From Akkermansiaceae bacterium (GTDB taxonomy: Bacteria; Verrucomicrobiota; Verrucomicrobiia; Verrucomicrobiales; Akkermansiaceae), in NCBI GenBank assembly GCA_047629805.1, contig JBLHUR010000002.1, positions 13,201-77,200 on the forward strand: a stretch of DNA of 64,000 nucleotides, in the 5' to 3' direction. A model generated the notes under the pieces. The model was not told the DNA's origin and did no database searches. It worked only from the letters and a program-made list of their open reading frames with translations. The position numbers were made by a program, and so were the translations under genes. Numbering within the stretch: the first letter of the stretch is position 1; each line of letters opens with the position of its first letter. Positions 28,216-35,515 of the stretch are shown here, piece after piece.

Positions 28216-29646
28216 TCAATGAATCTCCGGCGTCCCGTAGAGAGTATACCCCGTCGAATCCTCAATTTTAATATCTAACAACTGACCCGTCATCCGCTCA
28301 GCATCGCCATTGAAAATCACAATCTTATTCTGACTCGTCCGCCCACAAAGAGTCTCCTTATTCGACTTACTAGGCCCCTCACACAAAACCTGCTGCACCG
28401 TCCCAATAAACTTGGCATTCTTCGCCGTCGTCATCTCATTTTGCAGAGCCAGCAGAGTCTGATTGCGCTCCTCCTTCGTCTTCTCATCCAGCTGCCCCTC
28501 CATCTCCGCCGCCGGGGTATCCTTCCGCTTCGAGTATCGGAAGATGAAGCTATTATCAAAGCCCACCTTCTTCATGCATTCGTAAGTCTCCTGAAAATCC
28601 TCCTCAGTCTCCCCCGGAAACCCCACAATCACATCCGTCGTGATCGCCAAATCAGGCCGCGCCGCCTGCATCTTCTCGCAGATCGCCAAAAACTTCTCGT
28701 TCTTATAAGGCCGCTGCATCTTCTTCAAAATCCGATCACTCCCACTCTGCATCGGAAAGTGAATGTGCGAGCAAAGCTTTGGTAAATACCTAAACGCCGC
28801 CACCAAATCATCGCGATACCCAATCGGGTGAGGACTCGTAAAACGAATCCGCGCCAGCCCCTCAATCTCATGCACCGCCTCCAGCAGTTGCACAAATGGA
28901 GACTTCCCATCCACCTTCGGAAACTCCGTCCGACCATACAAATTCACAATCTGCCCTAGCAAAGTCACCTCCCGAACTCCTTTGCTCACCAAAGCAGTCA
29001 CCTCCGCGACAATATCAGCAATCGGCCTCCCCCGCTCTTTTCCACGAGTATCCGGCACAATACAAAAAGAGCACCGCATATTACACCCCTGCATAATACT
29101 CACAAAGGCCTTCGCCTGCTGCGTCTCCTTCGGAATGTGATCCTTGATCGTATTCTGACTCCCCAACTCTTCACCGGTATCCACGACCCGGGCCGAAATG
29201 ACCCGATCCAGATTCACCTTCACAATCTCATCCTCCACCCGCCCCGTCTCCATCTCCGCCCCCACCTCATCCATCCGCGTTTCCAGCCGACGGCTCAAGA
29301 TCGAATCCACATAATCAAAAACCCGGTGATACTTCTGCGTCCCCACCACCAAATCCAAATGCGGCACCCGCTTAAAAAGCTCCGCCCCCCGACTCTGCGC
29401 CATGCACCCCATAAAACCAAAGACGACATGCTCACGCTGGTCCCGGTATTTCCCCATAATCCCCATCTTCCCTAGAGCCTTCTGCTCCGCCTGATCGCGC
29501 ACACTACACGTGTTAATCAGGATCGCATCAGCGTCCCGCTCTTCGAGGGTGAGAGTGTAACCTCTTTCAGAAAACGTCTGAGCAACCTGCTCAGAATCAC
29601 GTTCATTCATCTGTCACCCGTAGGTTTTAATAAAGACCTTTGGCAT
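28216..29646 (-). CDS. miaB: tRNA-i6A37 methylthiotransferase MiaB with an in-frame TGA (29616-29614) at the first conserved cysteine
   Basis: The track ORF 28216..29610 has the radical-SAM motif CNMRCSFCIVP plus NTCSVRD, MGCMAQS and a TRAM C-terminus. Reading upstream in the same frame gives ATG(29646) MPKVFIKTYG-TGA-QMNERDSE, the MiaB N-terminus with TGA in place of Cys. Confidence 0.85.
29572..29604 (-). other. SECIS-like bipartite stem-loop downstream of the miaB in-frame TGA
   Basis: On the minus strand it reads 5' GAACG-UGAU-UCUGAGC-AGGUU-GCUCAGA-CGUUU 3'. The upper stem is 7 bp and perfect. The lower stem is 4 bp plus one G-U pair, with a 4-nt 5' bulge. The structure starts 9 nt after UGA, and the apical loop contains GGU about 25 nt from UGA. 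Confidence 0.4.
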
Positions 29647-29760
29647 CGCGCCATCGACTTAGCCCCCAATCCCTCCCTTGCCAATCCCGAAGTGAAAGCC
29701 CTTCACTCCTTTTCGTCCCTCTCCTTCCTCTGTGGTCAAACTCCCCCAAGCAAGTCCTCA

Positions 29761-29863
29761 AAATTCGTGACCATTGGTGAAGATTCGTGGTTCACAAATC
29801 CCCCAACCAAGCCCCAAAACCTTCTCGTTCCTTTCGTGAATTTCGTGGTTGCTCAATCCCCCC
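29761..29863. repeat. cluster of TTCGTG(A/G) cores (reverse complement AACCACGAA / TCACGAA) with AATCCCCC tails
   Basis: Two sub-repeats are readable. One is aaATTCGTGAccattggtgaagATTCGTGGTTcacAAATCCCCCaaccaag at 29761-29812. The other is cTTTCGTGAatTTCGTGGTTgctcAATCCCCCC at 29831-29863. Related copies lie at 28152-28170, 9654-9667, 35351-35362, 35466-35478 and 57157-57170. Confidence 0.75.
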
Positions 29864-29965
29864 TCCACCAATCCTCTGCCTCCCTCTTCCCGGCATCAAA
29901 AACCCTCAACCCACCCCAAAGTTTAAAATTCCCTAAAAATCAACCTGCCTATACATTCCCCCACT

Positions 29966-30868
29966 GTGAGCACCCTATCCGACCTCGAACTCGACGCCTT
30001 CATCGAGTTCATGACCACCGAAAAGAACTCTTCCCCCAAAACCCTCGAAAACTACACCCTCGCCCTCCGCCTCCTCCCCGAATTCCTCGGCGAAAAATTC
30101 AGCAAATGGCGTGACCTCACCCCCGACCACTTCCGAGCCTACCTCTTCCAGCTCCAAAAAGACGGCCTCGCCCGCTCCACCATCCGCCTCCGCTTCGCCG
30201 CCTACCGCTCCTTTTACAAATTCCTCGTCCACCGTCGCGGCTATCCCAAAAGCCCCCTCGCCGAAGTCGAACTCCCCAAAGCCGACAAGCCCCTCCCCGT
30301 CGTCCTCACTCTCCCCCAGATCGAAGAACTCCTCGAACTCCCCATGAAGTCCGAGCTCCAGGGCCAAGCCCCCCTCTGGATGCGCGAGCGCGACGCCGCC
30401 ATCCTCGAACTCTTCTACTCGACCGGCCTCCGCCTCGCCGAACTCGCCTCCCTCGATGTCCACAGCATCGACACCGCAAACGAAACCGTCCGCGTCATCG
30501 GAAAAGGCTCCAAAGAACGCCTCGTCCCCATCGGCTCCCTCGCCCTGCTCGCCATGCAAAAATACCGCAGCGCCGCCGAAGTCTGCGAAGGCCCCCTCTT
30601 CCTCTCAAAACTCCGCAAACGCCTCTCCACCCGCTCCCTCAACTCCGTCCTAAAAAAATACCTCGCCCTCTCCACCATCCCCTTCAACGTCACCCCCCAC
30701 AAACTCCGCCACTCCTTCGCGACCCACCTCCTCGACCACGGGGCCGACCTCCGTTCCGTCCAAGCCCTCCTCGGCCACGCCTCCCTCTCCACCACCCAAA
30801 TCTACACCCACGTCACAAAAGAACGCCTCCGCGACGCTTACAACAACGCCCACCCCCGCGCCAAATAA
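29966..30868 (+). CDS. xerC: tyrosine recombinase, XerC-like
   Basis: It has a GTG start and the catalytic C-terminus HKLRHSFATHLLDHGADLRSVQALLGHASLSTTQIYTHV, ending in AHPRAK. The XerC versus XerD assignment is tentative. Confidence 0.85.
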   Translation: MSTLSDLELDAFIEFMTTEKNSSPKTLENYTLALRLLPEFLGEKFSKWRDLTPDHFRAYLFQLQKDGLARSTIRLRFAAYRSFYKFLVHRRGYPKSPLAEVELPKADKPLPVVLTLPQIEELLELPMKSELQGQAPLWMRERDAAILELFYSTGLRLAELASLDVHSIDTANETVRVIGKGSKERLVPIGSLALLAMQKYRSAAEVCEGPLFLSKLRKRLSTRSLNSVLKKYLALSTIPFNVTPHKLRHSFATHLLDHGADLRSVQALLGHASLSTTQIYTHVTKERLRDAYNNAHPRAK

Positions 30869-30956
30869 CACTCAACCCTGCGGAGCTTTGACTTTAGTCT
30901 GAGCAGCAAATGACCAACCCTAGACAAAAACACGTCCACCCCACGTTTCCCCAAAC

Positions 30957-31277
30957 GTGCGCTCATACGTATCCGCCCCCAAACTTTCATCCCTACTCCT
31001 CTTCCAATTCGTAATCGGCGGAGCGAGCACATGCATGTGTGGATACTTCAGCTCAGAGTCACTCTGGCTCTTTCTCCCTCTTTGGCTGATCGGCTCCATC
31101 ATCTTTCTGTTCAGCGGTAAAAAACTTCACCGTTCTTCAATTTTCACCGTCGATTGGATCCTCTCATTCATTCTCCTCTCCACAATGACCTTCCTCCTTG
31201 GCCATGCCATTTCAGACATTCTCTGGGCTGGTCACGCACCAATCTTTAAGCATCTCACATTCACTCCGCTCCCATAA
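30957..31277 (+). CDS. small membrane protein, hypothetical
   Basis: It has three hydrophobic segments (LWLFLPLWLIGSIIFLF, WILSFILLSTMTFLLG). The region has lower GC and the start is uncertain (GTG 30957 or an internal ATG). Confidence 0.3.
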   Translation: MRSYVSAPKLSSLLLFQFVIGGASTCMCGYFSSESLWLFLPLWLIGSIIFLFSGKKLHRSSIFTVDWILSFILLSTMTFLLGHAISDILWAGHAPIFKHLTFTPLP

Positions 31278-31364
31278 ATCCCAATTCAGCAACCAACCAT
31301 AGCCCCCCTAAAATCCCATCCCAAAAAACGTTGGATTTCTCTCCAGCTCAGATCATCCTCAGGC

Positions 31365-31904
31365 ATGGGTGACATTCCTCCATTTTTCCACTCTCTTGAG
31401 CACGACGAACCATTCAAAAAGTGCCTCACTTGCGAACAGACCTTTCAAGAAATAGCAGACCCTTTCACCATCACGAAAGTCTTCAAGGGAACCGAATGCG
31501 TCTTCGAATACGCGATGTGCCTCCCTTGCCGCCGTAAAATGGCCGCCAGCTTCTCCGAAGATTCCCGCAAACGCATCAACGCCTTCTTCGAAAACAACAA
31601 AAACCTCGCTAACCGCACCGAGCAGCTCGGGGAATCGCGCGATCACACCGAGTGGACCCGCCAATGCGCCACCTGCCAAATCCCCCTCACCGAACTCGTC
31701 AACTACTCCGTCGCCTGCATGGGCTTCGGCGAAAGCATGGTTTACGATCCCTTCCCCATGATGATCTGCTCCGACTGCGAGCAAAAAGTCCAGGAACGCC
31801 TCTCCAAATCCACCCGCGATCAATGGGATAAGTTCATCCTCGATAACTTCGAAGGGCCACCCGCCGATGCCCTGAAACCCGACGGCGTCCCCTTCCTCGT
31901 TTGA
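31365..31904 (+). CDS. cysteine-rich (multiple CxxC) hypothetical protein
   Basis: It is 179 aa with CLTC, CLPC, CATC and CSDC pairs, which suggest zinc binding. I do not recognise the family. Confidence 0.65.
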   Translation: MGDIPPFFHSLEHDEPFKKCLTCEQTFQEIADPFTITKVFKGTECVFEYAMCLPCRRKMAASFSEDSRKRINAFFENNKNLANRTEQLGESRDHTEWTRQCATCQIPLTELVNYSVACMGFGESMVYDPFPMMICSDCEQKVQERLSKSTRDQWDKFILDNFEGPPADALKPDGVPFLV

Positions 31905-32003
31905 ACGGGCATCATCCATCTCAGTCTGGCCTTTCCTTTTCCCCTCCAACAATCCAATACCCCTCCCTGCCCCCAAAGCAGGCACTCAATAACCTGGTCA
32001 CTT

Positions 32004-32024
32004 AATCACCGAATCACCGAATCC
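32004..32024 (+). repeat. tandem octamer AATCACCG x2 plus partial AATCC, abutting the der start codon
   Basis: Read directly: ttAATCACCGAATCACCGAATCC followed by ATG at 32025. The unit differs by one base from the minus-strand reading (AATCACGG) of the 19703-19742 repeat. Confidence 0.85.
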
Positions 32025-33419
32025 ATGCCTACTAGTCCATTCCAGGTCGCCATCGTCGGTCGCCCCAATGTCGGGAAATCCGCCCTTTTTAACCGTCTGG
32101 CCGGTCGACGCATCGCCATCGTGCTCGATCAACCGGGCGTCACCCGTGACCGCATCGCGGCACCTTGCACCCTCACCGAGAACCCCTGTGAACTCATCGA
32201 CACCGGTGGTATTTGCGCCTTCGATCGGGACGGCTTCTCCGACCAAGTCACCCTCGAGGCCCGCATCGCGATGGACTCCGCCGACCTGATCGTCTTCGTG
32301 GTCGATGCCCGCGCCGGCATCAATCCGATCGACGAGGAAGTGGCCCAACTCCTCCGCAAATCCAATCCCAACGTCGTCCTCGTCATGAACAAGGCCGACA
32401 GCGCGGACCACGATAATACCGCGGCCGACTTCGCCCGCCTCGGCTTCGGCGACGGCATCCCCACCTCCGCCGAACACGGCCGTGGCATGCACGATCTCCT
32501 CGACCGCGTCGATTTGGAACTCTCGCAACTCGAAGCCAAAGAACAAGCCGAGGTCGATCACGATGACCTTAAGACCGGCCTAAAAATTGCGGTCGTCGGA
32601 AAACCCAACGCCGGCAAGTCCTCCCTCATCAACGCCATCCTCAAAGACGAACGCACCATGGTCTCCGAGATCGCCGGAACCACGCGTGATGCCGTCGATA
32701 TCCCCTACGTCTGGGGCGACGAACGCCACAACATCATCGACACCGCCGGTCTCCGGAAACGCTCCAGCATGGAGGACTCCATCGAGGTCTTCTCCGCGAT
32801 GCGCAGCGAGCGCTCGATCCGCCGGGCCGACATCTGCCTCCTCGTCGTCGACCTCGCCGCCGGAGTGGCCGCCCAGGATCGTAAGATCGCCCGCATGATC
32901 CAGGATGAGAAAAAGCCCTGCCTCATCATCGCCAACAAGTTCGACCTCTTCCACCCCGAGGGCCAGAAATCAGCCCGCCTCGAAGCAGCCGAAGAACACA
33001 TCCGCAAGGAACTCTTCTTCCTCAGCTACGCCCCCTTCGTTTGCGTTTCCGCCTTGAAGGGCGTCGCGATCCAGCACGTTTTCAAAACCATCACCCGCAT
33101 CCGCGACAACGCCCAGGCCGTCATCGGCACCGGCCCGCTCAACCGACTTCTCCAGAACGCCTTCATCAAAAACCCTCCGCCCGAGCACAAGCGCCACCGC
33201 AAACGCCTCAAGCTTTTCTACGGCACCACCGCCGTCAACGACCGCTACCAAGCGATCCCGGTTCCCGAGTATGTTCTCTTCGTGAACGACAAGCACCTCA
33301 TTGTCGAATCCTACCAGAACTACCTCATCAACCAGATCCAGGACAAGCACCCCACCGACGGTCTCCCCATCCCCATCTCCTTCCGCTCCCGCAGTAAAAA
33401 GGACCGCCGTGACCGCTAA
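32025..33419 (+). CDS. der: ribosome-associated GTPase Der (EngA)
   Basis: It has two tandem G domains (GRPNVGKSALFNRL and GKPNAGKSSLINAI) and a KH-like C-terminus. Confidence 0.93.
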   Translation: MPTSPFQVAIVGRPNVGKSALFNRLAGRRIAIVLDQPGVTRDRIAAPCTLTENPCELIDTGGICAFDRDGFSDQVTLEARIAMDSADLIVFVVDARAGINPIDEEVAQLLRKSNPNVVLVMNKADSADHDNTAADFARLGFGDGIPTSAEHGRGMHDLLDRVDLELSQLEAKEQAEVDHDDLKTGLKIAVVGKPNAGKSSLINAILKDERTMVSEIAGTTRDAVDIPYVWGDERHNIIDTAGLRKRSSMEDSIEVFSAMRSERSIRRADICLLVVDLAAGVAAQDRKIARMIQDEKKPCLIIANKFDLFHPEGQKSARLEAAEEHIRKELFFLSYAPFVCVSALKGVAIQHVFKTITRIRDNAQAVIGTGPLNRLLQNAFIKNPPPEHKRHRKRLKLFYGTTAVNDRYQAIPVPEYVLFVNDKHLIVESYQNYLINQIQDKHPTDGLPIPISFRSRSKKDRRDR

Positions 33420-33431
33420 CTCGTTTCACCC

Positions 33432-33983
33432 ATGGGCAAGTTGGAAACAAAAATCAGTCGCACCTTGAGCCTCGTGCTCCGGCATGACCCCGCCTCGGTC
33501 GGCCTCACTCTCGATGGCAACGGCTGGGCCAAAGTCGACGACCTCCTCGCCTCTCTCAAAAAGAAAAGCAAAGGGCTCGACCGCGCCCTCCTCGAAAAAG
33601 TCGTCACCGAAAGTGCGCAACAACGCTTCAGCTTTTCCGAAGACGGCCAAAGCATCCGCGCCAACGAAGGCCACTCAGTCCAAATCGACGTCAAGTCCAC
33701 CGAGCAGCCCCCGCCCGAATATCTCTATCACGGCACCGACAAGCTACACATGGATGAGATCGAGATCTCCGGCTTGCTCAAAGGAAAGCGGCAACACGTC
33801 CATCTTTACGAAGACCCGCGCGACGCCCACGCCAACTCACAGCGCCATAAACACCCTGTCATTCTCGAAGTCGCTTCCCGCCTCATGGTAAGCCACGACT
33901 TCAAACTCTACCGCACCGAAAACGGAGATTGGCTCACCGACGAAGTCCCGCCCGACTACCTCAACCGCCAGTTCAAAATCTAA
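33432..33983 (+). CDS. kptA: RNA 2'-phosphotransferase Tpt1/KptA family
   Basis: It contains SRTLSLVLRHDPASVGLTLDGNGWAKVDDLL, YLYHGT and RQHVHL. Confidence 0.85.
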   Translation: MGKLETKISRTLSLVLRHDPASVGLTLDGNGWAKVDDLLASLKKKSKGLDRALLEKVVTESAQQRFSFSEDGQSIRANEGHSVQIDVKSTEQPPPEYLYHGTDKLHMDEIEISGLLKGKRQHVHLYEDPRDAHANSQRHKHPVILEVASRLMVSHDFKLYRTENGDWLTDEVPPDYLNRQFKI

Positions 33984-34639
33984 TGGACGAAGCCCACTGG
34001 ACCTCGATCTTCTGCGCCTGCCTCGACACTCAAGAAAAAGGCGATCCCGCCCACGATCTCCAGCACATTGAGCGGGTTGTTTTAAACACCCGCCGACTCG
34101 CAAAGGTCGAAAACCTTGGTCTCGAAGTTCTCCTCCCCGCCGCTTGGCTACATGATTGCGTTCATGTTGCCAAAGACTCCCCGCAACGCTCCCAGGCATC
34201 TCTCCTCGCCGCCGACCACGCTATCCAGTTCCTCCGCGAAAACGCCTACCCCGCAGAGAACCTCGACGCCATCCACCACGCCATTGAGGCCCACAGTTTC
34301 TCAGCGCAAATCCCCCCACGAACCCTCGAAGCAAAGGTCCTCCAAGACGCCGATCGTATCGATGCCCTCGGCGCCGTCGGCCTGAGCCGTTGTCTCATGC
34401 TCGGCGGCCACATGGGCTCCTCGCTCATGAACCCCAACGATCCCTTCTGCCAATCCCGCACGCCCGATGACGCCAACTACTGCGTCGATCATTTCTTCGC
34501 CAAACTCCTCACTCTGCAAAGCACAATGCAGACGGAAGCAGGGCGCGCCCTGGCCAAAGAACGGACTGACTTTCTCCGCCACTTTCTGGATCAGCTCAAA
34601 AAGGAGACCTGCCTCGACTCCGTCGCCGGATCGGCTTAG
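33983..34639 (+). CDS. HD-domain phosphohydrolase
   Basis: HDLQHIERV ... WLHDCVH ... DADRIDALGAVG is typical of an HD superfamily protein. Its ATG overlaps the kptA stop (TAATG at 33981-33985). The longer 33929 start would overlap kptA. Confidence 0.8.
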   Translation: MDEAHWTSIFCACLDTQEKGDPAHDLQHIERVVLNTRRLAKVENLGLEVLLPAAWLHDCVHVAKDSPQRSQASLLAADHAIQFLRENAYPAENLDAIHHAIEAHSFSAQIPPRTLEAKVLQDADRIDALGAVGLSRCLMLGGHMGSSLMNPNDPFCQSRTPDDANYCVDHFFAKLLTLQSTMQTEAGRALAKERTDFLRHFLDQLKKETCLDSVAGSA

Positions 34640-34652
34640 TGTCAGCCCAGAC

Positions 34653-35270
34653 ATGGCCGCCTCCTTGCAATCGATTTACGAAGTCTTTGATCATCAAAAG
34701 ACCGACCTTCTACTTCATCTCCTCTCGCACGATGACCATTATGGAAAATCCCTCGTCTTCGTGCGCAGTCGTGAAAGCCTCCAAGCTCTTACGACCGCTT
34801 TAATTCACGCTGACCTCGCCGCCGACTCCATCTCCGGAAATAAAAAGATCGAACTCCGCGATCGCGCCCTCCGCGAACTCCTCGCCGGAGACCTCCGCGT
34901 CATCGTCGCCACCGAGGCCATCCTCCGCGAAACCGATCTCACCGGCATCGCAGAGATCATCCACTTTGATCTCCACGAACTCGATCAGGACTACCTCTCA
35001 CGTGTCCAATCAGCGACCAAGGAAGTCACTACCTTCGTTTCCCAAAACGACCAACAAGCCTTGAAGGCTCTCGAAGAACTCCTCGGCTCCCCCCTTGAAC
35101 GGAGGCAAGCCCCCGGCTTCGACTACGATTCCCAACCCCGCAAAATCAGGGGCCCGATCAAAAAGACGCACGCCTCCAACAAGACCAAGTCAAAGCCGCT
35201 CCAAAACAAGAAGCCTAAGCTCAAAAACAAAGGCCCCCGCCGCAAAACCGGCCGGACGAGGAAGCGGTAA
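34653..35270 (+). CDS. stand-alone helicase C-terminal (RecA2-like) domain protein with basic tail, motifs degenerate
   Basis: The layout KSLVFVRSRESLQALTTAL...SGNKKIELRDRAL...LRVIVATEAILRETDL...IIHFDL follows the DEAD-box C-domain order. However, HRIGRTGR is replaced by LSRVQSATKE. There is no N-terminal DEAD domain. The C-terminus is KKTHASNKTKSKPLQNKKPKLKNKGPRRKTGRTRKR. The start is ATG 34653. Confidence 0.6.
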   Translation: MAASLQSIYEVFDHQKTDLLLHLLSHDDHYGKSLVFVRSRESLQALTTALIHADLAADSISGNKKIELRDRALRELLAGDLRVIVATEAILRETDLTGIAEIIHFDLHELDQDYLSRVQSATKEVTTFVSQNDQQALKALEELLGSPLERRQAPGFDYDSQPRKIRGPIKKTHASNKTKSKPLQNKKPKLKNKGPRRKTGRTRKR

Positions 35271-35350
35271 TTCCACGGAGCTACCCTCCGGAGCTTGGAT
35301 GGCATGCCCCTTGGGTCTTTGGTCTGAATGCCCTCAACCAAGCCCCTCAA

Positions 35351-35496
35351 CCTTTTCGTGGCTGGAATCATCCAATCACGGAGAATTTTAACACAGATTC
35401 ATGAAGATTGAGATCGGGATCCTTGAAGATTACCAGACTCCCCCTCAAGCTTCTGCTCCTTCCGCTTTTTCTGTGGTTGAAAAACATCGCCCACCC
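35351..35496. repeat. composite intergenic repeat of four module types
   Basis: The modules are TTTTCGTGG, the AATCATCC/AATCACGG octamer pair (35366-35381), ACACAGATT, and a module of about 50 nt shared with 57121-57170. Segment 35391-35420 resembles 57236-57265. Segment 35431-35480 is roughly three-quarters identical by eye to 57121-57170. Confidence 0.7.
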
Positions 35497-35515
35497 ACCA
35501 AACTGCTCCTGTTCC

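Noticed and set aside
28216-29610. Taking ATG 29610 (the ORF-track start) as the true miaB start.
   Set aside because: It would delete the first of the three conserved N-terminal cysteines. The 10 codons upstream of the TGA (MPKVFIKTYG) match the MiaB N-terminus too well to be non-coding. See the finding on the in-frame TGA.
29692-30114. The 140-aa ORF upstream of and overlapping xerC.
   Set aside because: Its sequence is a translation of the intergenic repeat modules (FVTIGEDSWF, FVNFVVAQSP). It also overlaps the well-supported xerC start.
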